Shown: one piece after another, positions 11,200-21,800 of the stretch
Layout: every line of letters starts with the position of its first letter
Position numbering within the stretch: position 1 is the first letter of the stretch
NCBI RefSeq assembly: GCF_018977255.1
Contig: NW_024704743.1
Span: forward strand, 15,440,001-15,504,000
Length of the DNA stretch: 64,000 nt
From: Callorhinchus milii
Lineage: Eukaryota
Reading direction: 5' to 3'
Program-made: the position numbers and the translations under genes
The notes under the pieces: model-generated
Database searches by the model: none
What the model saw: only the letters and a program-made list of their open reading frames with translations
What the model was told of the DNA's origin: nothing

Positions 11200-13986
11200 C
11201 AGGATTATAAATAGTTTTTTTTGGGCGCCAGGGCTGACAGGAAATGTAGACGGGAGGATGGAAGGAGCTTCCTTCGGCGTTTTCTTTCCTATTTTGGCTC
11301 AGATACAGGTAGAATCCAGTGCAACAGCTCTCCTGGGAATGGAATTTGCATCGTCAAACCTGCTGCTGTTGGCCCCCTCTCACAAATCACTCTCTCCTCA
11401 GTTATTTGCAAAGCCAGGGATTGCTCAGTGGTCGTTTTGCATCCATCACCAGCACGAGTTTTTTTTAAAAGTCAACACAAAAGTGCAACCCGACGTCTCC
11501 CCGACGCGAAGAACAGCGCGATGCAAATATAACTTCTTGTTGTTGTTGTTGTTGTTGTTGTTGTTGAGTTGGAGCAGAAAATCGCCATCAGCCGAAGAGT
11601 GGGGGCTGGAGCTCTGGCTGAGGGACTTTGGCTGCTGCCTGTTCTGTGCTGTTCGCTAGAGGGAGTCACAGCACATCTCCAGCCCTTCCACAACGCAACG
11701 ATAATGTCACTGAAAGTTTTTCGTAACAAAATTCTATTCGAAAGATGAGATTTTTGTCTTTTTTTTTTGCAGGAGGAGGAGAGAGAGAGAGAGAGAGGGG
11801 GGGGGGGGGAGGGGGGGGGGGGAGAGAGAGGAAAAGCCATCAGATCAGATCAATAAAACCAACCAAAAAAAAAGAATACAAAGCAAACTGAGTTATTGCA
11901 TGTTTCCATATAATACTCCCAAGATCAATAATTGTATTTTATCCACCCCCCCCCCCAAACCCCCCTCAACCTACAATCCCATCATTTTCTTCTGCTACGT
12001 GTGTGTATAAATCGTTTTCTTGCAGAAACGGAATTGCTGCGTCGCTATGGATTGCAAAACGTTACAGAGTAAGAGGATTAATCTCCTGGAAAATAAATAG
12101 AATCTCCCCTGTTATAACGAGGATGGAAATGCACAAACATTTCAAAATCCGGTCCTAATTATCTCAAAAGTAATCCAGACTCTGTCAAGTCGATTGTAAA
12201 AGAGTGCTTTGCTGTTGGGAAGGTGGCGAGATTAGTGATGGTGGGTCCCCCCCTCCTCTCTCTCTCTCTCTCCCTCTCTCTCTCTCTCTCTGTGTGGTGT
12301 GTATGGTGGTTTGGGAACCTGTGATCTTTTCCCATCTCGATCCACACAAGAGTCGGTTTCGTTTCGACTGGAGCAGATCAGATCCTGCTGGAGAGAGAGA
12401 GAGAGAGAGAGAGAGGGCTGTGCTCAAAGGGAATCATCTTGGTCGTTGTTCCCCATGTATCTATGCCCTAATAAACCTGGTAGAGTTTGCACCAGCACAG
12501 GATAACTGGCACGTAACATGCACAAGAGGGGCGACCTTGACATCAAAGTTTGTTTTACTTCTTGCGAGCAGGTCAGAACTTCTCTCGGGTCATCATAAAC
12601 CTGGCATCGTGCTGCTGTGTTTATAACCCAGGCAACCCACCCACCCACCCACCCACCCCCGGTTGTTGTTTTTTTTAAAAGAAAAAGACAATTATTTGGA
12701 AACTGGGGAAGAGACAGGCAGCGAGTTGCACGGGATGAGGACCTTGGTGGGACTGGATAATCCATCAGTCTATGTGTCAGTCCAGCGTTCAGCAAATCCA
12801 TAAGCCAATATCATCTATCTGTCCATAGAGATACCTATCCATCTAATCGTGGGCTTCCCATCCCTCCAGCCTCACCACCTAAATCAATTAATAGACTTAT
12901 TTAAATTCCAGTTGACAGGGGTTCGCGGAATTAACATCAAAAATCACAGCGGTGATGTAAAAGAGGGATAAAGCACCAACCACCCTGTGTGTGACTGAAA
13001 GGAAAGCCACGTCTCTCTCCCTCTCTCTGCAGAGCTTGCGGCCGGGCTCACAGCGGGCTCCACAGAGCCACGTGAAAACACATGCCAAGAGGGAGAGGGA
13101 GAGAGAGAGAGAGAGAGAGAGAAATAAATATGCAATACGGAACGGTGAAATGAGAGGAAGTAACTTGTGCAGTAAGTGCAGTAAATCACTAATAGACGAG
13201 GGCAATAGCTCGTGTGTTCAGTGCCCCGAGTACAGTACTTACCACACAAACTACTCAGATGCAATTAACCTGCGTCTTTGCATGTACTGTATTTTGTGAA
13301 GGGTCTTGTCGCCCACCCTTCACAAAATACAGTAAAGTATCTAAACTGATAGTGGATCTGACTGGAGGGGGGATGCTAATAGCAACCTGAAAGGATTTTA
13401 TGTTTCTAGGGTCGACCAAAAAGATGTGTCTGTCTGTCTGTCTGTCTGTCTGTCAGCCGCCGGCTGGTAATGATAACTAACCTATTGCGAATTGTGCCTG
13501 AACTGTTAGCAATGGGAACGATTTTGCGCCTCTCGTTCACGGGATCGTTCTGCAATAAGGCTGCACGGTACAGTCCTGCCTGATTCCTCTGGGCTATTTC
13601 ATTTCCAATTCCTTGTGGTGAGGAATTAGGGCTACGGTTTTCATTGCAACAGTGTAATTGCTTTGCAAGCAACTGCAAACAACCAGCGAGAGATCATCAA
13701 AGTTAACAAAAAAAGAAACAAATATACTTAGATGGATCGGTTTGAAAAAACAACAACCATGGCGTTGTTTTGTAGCTTATACAGTCTGAACATATAATAT
13801 AAGCAAAATGTGTATTCATTCCGTAGAATAAGACGGGAATTATTTTCCAGTCACTAACAATAATGAGTGACTGCTGAATACTTGTGAACACTGTGATTTT
13901 TCCCATCGGATGAAAGGGAACAAACAAAAAGAGTGGGAACATTTTGCAAATGGTTTTCATATAAAGTTCATACTCCCCGCAACACC

Positions 13987-14036
<50 letters not shown>

Positions 14037-14400
14037 ACATTGCAAAATTGGTTTAAAACTGATTTCAGGAACTTTGATGGAACCAGATCGGTATATAAAG
14101 GTGACCCCGAGCAACACATACAGACAGAGAAATACAAACTGGTTCCAACCCTCTTTACTCTCACTCCCCTCTCCCCCCCTCCCCCCCCCCCCCCCCACAC
14201 CAGCACACGTTAACCATACACTAACACACACTCCCAAATCGGTTTACTTTGGGTAAAGAATCAGACTTTCCCCGAACAAATAACGCACACAATTGCGGGA
14301 AGAAATCGAACACAGTTCTTCTCGACCGTCAACAAAGTCGGACGGGTTAGTACGACGGGTTTTACCCACTTCAAAAGATCCCCACGTTGTTCTGTCAGTC
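11200..14400. promoter_or_regulatory. CpG-enriched, transposon-free upstream region with many microsatellites; candidate GLI3 upstream regulatory domain
   Basis: Visibly more CpG than the flanks, (TTG)n, (GA)n, (CA)n and poly-G/C runs, no recognisable LINE or SINE; function is inferred. Confidence 0.45.
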
Positions 14401-14845
14401 GGTCCTAAACAGCTCTTAAAACAATCGATCCAATTGCGGTGTTAATTATTATTATACTATATACTATTATACTATAATATACTATAATATACTATATATA
14501 ATATACTATAATACTATTAATCGGTACGTGGCAAAAAAATGTTTTTAAAAAAAAGGCAAGTGCGAGAGGTATTTGTGTTCTTTGCATTTAGTTGCAACGA
14601 TATTGATTCGGGTGTCTGAAAATAGTTGTAGTGTATGGTCTGAAATCTTGGGGAAAATTAAACAAAAGTCGTCAGCAGCCAACCGAACAATATCTTTGTT
14701 TATAAGGGTGACCGGATCGTGTCATTTATTGCTACAGTACACAACAAATGAATGAAAAACAGTTGTGTGCGAAGTCGGGATGGTTTATTGCAATATTTTG
14801 GGAGCGTTTGCCTGTCCTGCCTCACAGTCAGGATGAACCCAGCAG

Positions 14846-15945
14846 CTGCCCCCCCCACCCACCCACCCACCCAGCACCCCTCCCCGCCCACCCAGCACCC
14901 CTCCCCGCCCACCCAGCACCTCTCCCTCCCCACCCACCCAGCACCCCTCCCCGCCCACCCAGCACCCCTCCCCACCCAGCACCCCTCCCCGCCCACCCAG
15001 CACCCCTCCCCTCCCCACCAGCACCCCTCCCCGCCCAGCCAGCACCCCTCCCGCCCAGCCAGCACCCCTCCCCGGCCAGCCAGCACCCCTCCCCGCCCAC
15101 CCAGCACCCCTCCCCACCCAGCACCCTCCCCGCCCACCCAGCACCCCTCCCCCCCCACCCAGCACCCCTCCCGCCCAGCCAGCACCCCTCCCCGCCCAGC
15201 CAGCACCCCTCCCCGCCCAGCCAGCACCCTCCCCGCCCAGCCAGCACCCCTCCCCGCCCACCCAGCACCCCTCCCGCCCACCCAGCACCCCTCCCCGCCC
15301 ACCCAGCACCCTCCCCGCCCAGCCAGCACCCCTCCCCGCCCAGCCAGCACCCCTCCCCCCCACCCAGCACCCCTCCCCACCCAGCACCCCTCCCCGCCCA
15401 GCCAGCACCCCTCCCCCCCCACCCAGCACCCCTCCCCACCCAGCACCCCTCCCCGCCCACCCAGCACCCCTCCCCGCCCACCCAGCACCCCTCCCCGCCC
15501 ACCCAGCACCCCTCCCCGCCCACCCAGCACCCCTCCCCGCCCAGCCAGCACCCCTCCCCGCCCAGCCAGCACCCCTCCCCCCCACCCAGCACCCCTCCCC
15601 ACCCAGCACCCCTCCCCGCCCAGCCAGCACCCCTCCCCCCCACCCAGCACCCCTCCCCACCCAGCACCCCTCCCCGCCCACCCAGCACCCCTCCCCGCCC
15701 AGCCAGCACCCCTCCCCGCCCAGCCAGCACCCCTCCCCCCCCACCCAGCACCCCTCCCCCCACCCAGCACCCCTCCCCCCCCACCCCCCCCCCCCCCCCC
15801 CCCCACCCCCCCCCCCCACCCAGCACCCTCCCCCCCACCCAGCACCCCTCCCCGCCCACCCAGCACCCCTCCCCGCCCACCCAGCACCCCTCCCCGCCCA
15901 CCCAGCACCCCTCCCCGCCCACCCAGCACCCCTCCCCACCCACCC
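14846..15945. repeat. C-rich minisatellite, 21-bp unit CCAGCACCCCTCCCCGCCCA(C/G) with shorter variants
   Basis: Tandem array read directly; 7-aa periodicity (PPTQHPS) in the ORF track. Confidence 0.97.
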
Positions 15946-16360
15946 CGGGGGGGGGGGAGGGTTTGGGTTTCCAAACACTCTCCACTCCGGTGAGTGTCTG
16001 TGTAGTGTCGTTGACCACTTCCCCTTTTTCCCCTCCGCGGCTCTCCATTGTAATCGCACAATTGCCGCGCACTTTACACAGCGTCTCGTCTGGAGCTGTT
16101 GAGTTGCAGATAAAGTAAACAACTGATGGGATAAGAGACGGTTCTTTGGCTTCAGATACAACAGCTTAAACCAAACACGTGCAAGTGCCGGGGTCGGGGA
16201 TAGCGTGCGAGCGAGTGCAGTGCAGTGGGAGTGTGGGGGGAGCGACAGTCAGGGAAACAAATCCTGGCGGAGTCTACACTCAGCTTTGCTGGGGTGAAAG
16301 GCAACTTTTTGAGAATTATTGTGGTGGTGGAAAGTGGTGCGAGACATCTCCTCACACACA

Positions 16361-17200
16361 ACCCCCACCCTCTCCCCCTCCCTCACCACCCCCACCCTCT
16401 CCCCCTCCCTCACCACCCCCACCCTCTCCCCCTCCCTCACCACCCCCACCCTCTCCCCCTCCCTCACCACCCCCACCCTCTCCCTCACCACCCCCACCCT
16501 CTCCCTCACCACCCCACCCTCCCCCCCCCCCCCCCCCCCTCTCCCCCCCTCACCACCCCCACCCTCTCCCCCTCCCTCACCACCCCCACCCTCTCCCCCT
16601 CCCTCACCACCCCCACCCTCTCCCCCTCCCTCACCACCCCACCCTCTCCCTCACCACCCCACCCTCTCCCCCTCCCTCACCACCCCCACCCTCTCCCCCT
16701 CCCTCACCACCCCCACCCTCTCCCTCCTCACCACCCCCACCCTCTCCCCCTCCCTCACCACCCCCACCCTCTCCCCCTCCCTCACCACCCCCACCCTCTC
16801 CCCTCCCTCACCACCCCCACCCTCTCCCTCACCACCCCCACCCTCTCCCTCACCACCCCCACCCTCTCCCTCACCACCCCCACCCTCTCCCTCACCACCC
16901 CACCCTCTCCCTCACCACCCCCACCCTCTCCCCCTCCCTCACCACCCCCACCCTCTCCCCCTCCCTCACCACCCCCACCCTCTCCCCCTCCCTCACCACC
17001 CCCACCCTCTCCCCCTCCCTCACGACCCCCACCCCCTCCCTCCCTCACGACCCCCTCTCTCTCTCCCTCCCTCCCACCCCCTCTCTCCCTCCCAACCCCC
17101 TCTCTCCCTCCCAACCCCCTCCCTCTCCCTCCCAACCCCCTCTCTCCCTCCCAACCCCTCTCTCCCACCCTCCCAACCCCCTCTCTCCCTCTCCCCCCCC
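16361..17200. repeat. C-rich minisatellite, 27-bp unit CACCACCCCCACCCTCTCCCCCTCCCT with 21-bp variants
   Basis: Tandem array read directly; 9-aa periodicity TTPTLSPSL. Confidence 0.97.
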
Positions 17201-17379
17201 CCAACAACAATCCTAAACTGTCCTTTTTTTGAGTGTGAGACACACGGGCGTTCATCATTCCTCTTGGAGTTTCCCAGAGAATTACAGCGCCGAAGACACG
17301 AATGAGACATGAAACGTGAGGCTGAAGTGGGTGAGGAACTTAAAAAGATAAACCGACACTAAAACATCTTCACACTTTG

Positions 17380-17410
<31 letters not shown>

Positions 17411-17600
17411 CACCCTCCCGCCCTCCTAAAAAAAAAGAGTGATTTTAGGAAAGGACCAATTTCTTTCGTTTATTTCTTTTTTTTTGAAAAAAAGAAATGT
17501 GTTTTTTTTTAAGAGATAGGGTTTGCGAATGGATTGAAATAAAACCACGCAAACAAACTGCTGTGGGAAGGACCCGCCATGGAACTGGGAATGAGGAGAC

Positions 17601-17638
<38 letters not shown>

Positions 17639-17649
17639 GTTTGTCCAAC

Positions 17650-18057
17650 TCTCTCTCTCTCCCTCTCTGGTTTTCCCTTTCGTTGCCCCTCTCCCTTTTT
17701 TTCCCCCTTTTCCCCCCCACTTTTCAACCGTTCTCCTCATTTTCCTTTCCTCTCTGTCACGTTCGTCCCCTCCCTCTTCCCGTCTCCTCTCATCTTTTCT
17801 CACTTTCTCTCTTTCATTTTCTCTCTAAACACGTTTCTCCCTTTCTCCTCTTCACTTTCCCGCTCTCTCTCTCTCTCTCTTTCCCTCCATCTATATCACT
17901 CTATTTCCTTCCCTTCCGTCTCTTTCTCTCCTTCACTTTCTCCACTTTGCCTGTCACATTCCTCTCTTCCCTCACACTTGTCCCCCCCCCCACCCCACTC
18001 TCTCTCTCTCTCTCTCCTCCCTCCTTCCCTCTTTCTCTCCTTTTCTCTTTCTTTTCC
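17650..18057. repeat. Polypyrimidine (CT-rich) low-complexity tract
   Basis: About 400 bp dominated by C/T on the + strand. Confidence 0.9.
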
Positions 18058-18329
18058 GCACAATTCAATTCAAACTCAAAAAAAAACTCTCAGCTAAAAC
18101 TTCCTAAACGACCGCACCACAGCCCGCAAAAGAGTCCGCTGGACGGGGTGGTGGTGGGGGGGGGGGGGGGGTGGAGAGAGAGAGAGAGTGGTGGGTTTGG
18201 TTGCTTTGGGGAGGGGGCTGTGTTGCAGCTGCTGGAGGGGAGGAGAGTGGAGAGGGTTGGGGGGGGGGGTGGGGGGTGGGGGGGGGGGGGCGTGTGCATG
18301 GGGAGGGGAGGAGTGGGGGGTACTATGCT

Positions 18330-18480
18330 GTAAAGTTTTACTGGGCGGAGGGATGTGAGTACAGCAGAGAGAGAGAGAGAGAGAGGGGAGGGGGATGGGG
18401 GGGAGTTTGCAGACTGACAGCAAGGCTTGCAATAGCCATTGGTGGAGTGCGGTGGGGGGGGCACTCCAGCTCTGGCTCCT
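18330..18480 (+). promoter_or_regulatory. GLI3: Probable GLI3 core promoter
   Basis: GC box (tgggcggag, about 18342) and inverted CCAAT (attgg, about 18438) upstream of a strong donor, within a CpG-rich, TE-free region; TSS not determined. Confidence 0.45.
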
Positions 18481-18887
18481 GCCGCCTGCGGGGTGGGGGG
18501 GGGGGTCACACACACAGAGAGAAAGTGCCACTTTTTTTTGGTTGTTGCTGCTGCTGTTTCTTTCGGGGGGAGAGGGGGGGGAGAGGAGGGGGTGGGGGGG
18601 GAGAGGAGGGGGTGGGGGGGAGAGGAGGGGGTGGGGGAGAGGAGGGGGTGGGGGGGGGAGGGAGCTGCTTCGGGAAGTTTTGGTGAGGCCCGAGTTTGCA
18701 TTGCAGACGGCAGCAGCGAGAGAGAGAGAGTGTGTGTGTGTGTGTGTGTGAGTGTGTGTGAGAGCCTCTCTCACACCCACCCACCCACCCCCCCCCCCCC
18801 TCACACCCACCCACCCTCACACCCACCAACCCACACACCCACCAACCCACACACACGCGGATCGCGTTACTGCAACTTACACAGCAG
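18450..18887 (+). other. GLI3: Probable non-coding exon 1 of GLI3 (start approximate; donor CAG|GTAAGT at 18887/18888)
   Basis: Perfect consensus 5' splice site preceded by CpG-rich gcggatcgcg; GLI3 is known to have a non-coding first exon and the coding exon here begins at an acceptor. Confidence 0.55.
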
Positions 18888-19159
18888 GTAAGTGCAAAGG
18901 ACACTCTCCGCAAACCTCCCCTCTCCCCCCTCTCTCCGCCGCTTGTTTTGACTCCCTTCCTCCCATCGCTTCCCAACCTCCCATCCCATCCCATCCCATC
19001 CCATCCCATCCCTTCCCAGACAGATGATGCCCCATCCGGATGAGCTTTGCCCACCCACCACCCCGTCCCCAAACTCTCCCCAGTGAGCTCTGGGCTGGCC
19101 CCGGCTCTCCTCTCCCAACACTTGCCCTGAGCCCAAACCTGCCCGAGCCGAGCTGAGCC

Positions 19160-19668
19160 CCCCTGCCCTGCCTCTGCCTTGCCCCTGCCCTGCCTCTGCC
19201 TTGCCCCTGCCCTGCCTCTGCCTTGCCTCTGCCCTGCCCCTGCCCTGCCTCTGCCTTGCCCTGCCTCTGCCTTGCCTCTGCCCTGCCCCTGCCCTGCCCC
19301 TGCCCTGCCTCTGCCTTGCCTCTGCCCTGCCCCTGCCCTGCCCTGCCCTGCCCTTGCCCCTGCCCTGCCCCTGCCTTGCCTTGCCTTGCCTTGCCTTGCC
19401 TTGCCTTGCCCTTGCCTTGCCTTGCCCCTGCCCTGCCCTGCCCCTGCCTTGCCTTGCCTTGCCTTGCCCCTGCCCTGCCCTGCCCTGCCCTGCCCTGCCC
19501 TGCCCCTGCCTTGCCCTGCCCTGCCTTGCCTTGCCCCTGCCCTGCCCTGCCTGCCTTGCCTTGCCTCCTTGCCCTGCCTTGCCCTGCCCTGCCCTGCCCC
19601 TGCCCTGCCTGCCCTGCCCTGCCCTGCCCTGCCCCTGCCTTGCCCCTGCCCTGCCCCTGCCCTGCCTG
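19160..19668. repeat. (GCCCT/GCCTT/GCCCCT)n degenerate 5-6-mer satellite
   Basis: Read directly; source of the PCPAL-type ORFs. Confidence 0.97.
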
Positions 19669-19834
19669 TGGACGAGGTACTTTTCCTGACGGCCCGACAC
19701 GCAGTCAAAACTTTTTGTCGCCGACCTTTCTTTCCTGCGGACTTCGCAAGCGAGGAAGAGCGGCCAAACTTCCGCACAACTTTGCAGAGACTTCTGGCGG
19801 CGCTGAGGCGATGCTTCCTTCCCTTTCCCTTCTC

Positions 19835-19950
19835 TCCCTCCCTCTATCACTATCTCTCCCTCCCTCCCTCCCTCTATCACTATCTCTCCCTCCCTCCCTC
19901 CCTCACTATCTCTCCCTCCCTCCCTCCCCCCTCTATCACTATCTCTCCCT
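19835..19950. repeat. About 31-bp tandem repeat (ctccctccctctatcactatctctccctcc-like), about 4 copies
   Basis: tcactatctctccc recurs four times. Confidence 0.9.
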
Positions 19951-20082
19951 TTCCTCTCTCGCCCTCTCCCTCCCTGTGTCTCTGCGCGTCCCACAGGAGC
20001 TCACCAGCCACTGGCAATAACGTGAGCTCTTTTTAGTTGAGAGGGAGTATTTTTGAAAGGAAAACTTTAGTGTGTGTGTGTC

Positions 20083-20382
20083 TGAGTGACTTAGTGACTG
20101 AGTGAGTTGGTGACTGAGTGAGTTGGTGACTGAGTGAGTTGGTGAGTTAGTGACTGAGTGAGTTAGTGACTGAGTGAGTTGGTGAGTTAGTGACTGTGTG
20201 AGTTGGTGAGTTAGTGACTGAGTGAGTTAGTGACTGAGTGAGTTGGTGAGTTAGTGACTGTGTGAGTTGGTGAGTTAGTGACTGAGTGAGTTGGTGAGTT
20301 AGTGACTGAGTGAGTTGGTGACCGAGTGAGTTAGTGACTGAGTGAGTTGATGAGTTAGTGACTGAGTGAGTTAGTGACTGAG
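20083..20382. repeat. Minisatellite of 16/24-bp units (TGAGTGAGTTAGTGAC, with TGAGTTGG inserts)
   Basis: Read directly. Confidence 0.95.
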
Positions 20383-20415
20383 CACCGCGCAGCTCTCGAT
20401 TCCCTCGCAACTCAC

Positions 20416-20454
<39 letters not shown>

Positions 20455-20969
20455 TATATATAATATATATATAAAACCACGAACTCCTTTGGCAAAGGGA
20501 ATTGATAGGAGGCGGATTCGTTTTTTTTTGTGTGTGGCTTGTGCAGACATCTTAATGGCTGCATTCAACTAAATGCAGAGGATTAGAAAGAGAGAGGGAG
20601 AGAGAGAGAAGGAGGGAGGGAGGGAGAGAGAGAGAGAGAGGAAGGAAGGAAAGAGAGAGAGAGAGCGCGAAAAATTAAATAAAAACACACAAGTCATTGG
20701 GAAGCAACGTCGCTCTCCGAGCCTTAACGAGGGAGAATTTAGTGCTGAAATTAATCTTTGCGGTGAACAGAAAGGGAGCCTTTTGCAAGAGTAATGAGAG
20801 TGGAGTTTCGCTAATTCCCCGAGCTGCGCGTTTGTGGACGTGTGCCAACCTCTGTGTATATGTGTAAAACATTTTATAACAAGTTGCTTCCAGCTGTTCT
20901 ACATATCTCGTCTGCCAACAAAAATCTGTGATGGGGACCATCGATCGCTTCAGTTACGTGGACCCGAAC

Positions 20970-21007
<38 letters not shown>

Positions 21008-21681
21008 AGCGTTGGGTTCATTTGGGAGACGCTGACTGCAAAGTAAATATTTCTACTGATTTATACGGGCAAAAGAAAACTTAATTGGAGGAACGTAAAT
21101 AATTTAAATGAATTTGAGCTCCTGCATTATTCATAGCAGGTATCTCTTTTCGAGTTTAATGCATTGCTAAATACTGTACAACATAAAACGTGACTGGGTG
21201 GTTAAAATCCAATTAATAAAGTTCTCAGTTATTCTAGTAGTATTTTAGAGGTCGTTTACAGATGCACTTGGGGAAAATAATATAGGCTGCAACCCGATGT
21301 GCTTTGCCTAATGTTGCTCCTGAGAGTTGATTTCACATGGTGAACACCGATGCTTTTTAAAATTGTACTATTGCCTCCTTTTAAGTCCTCTTTTAAAAGA
21401 ATCTGCTAAGATTAGCCTCTGGTTAATGTTTATATAAAGTAAGTTCTTCGAATGTGACATCTCGAGAATAATGTCGCAAGTAAAACATGCACATAATTAA
21501 TGAAATCCGCCAAATGGTTATGTAAATTAAAGTTGAAGCTTTAATAATTCAAGAAAGTTAGTAATTTTCCCCCCTATGAAATGTAACATATGGAGTTGTA
21601 TTAATGTCCCTGAATAGTTAGTGCTTCTCTATATTGCAGTATATTCATAAAATTAATCAAATTATGATTTAGCACTTTTGA

Positions 21682-21800
21682 TAATAATATATAATATCTT
21701 TGCATTTGATATAGTGCCTTATCACGTCTTAGAGACGTAACCAAGCGCTTCGCAGAATATACTCTAAAGTGAATTGACTGTATATTTTTGGGGCAATTTA
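21682..21800 (-). mobile_element. SINE 3' fragment
   Basis: tttgcatttgatatagtgccttatcacgtc...gcgcttcgcagaatatac...gaattgactgtatatt. Confidence 0.85.

Noticed and set aside
11221..11659. ORFs of 103-133 aa in the CpG-rich upstream region
   Set aside because: No recognisable domain; the poly-Leu comes from (TTG)n
14700..20036. Long Pro-, Gly- or Cys-rich ORFs (up to 458 aa) on both strands
   Set aside because: They are translations of stop-free minisatellites, open in several frames and on both strands, with no independent coding evidence
20083..20382. Regular repeat array considered as CRISPR-like or an AP-1 multimer
   Set aside because: No unique spacers, eukaryotic context, and the units give TGAGTGA/TGAGTTA rather than TGAGTCA
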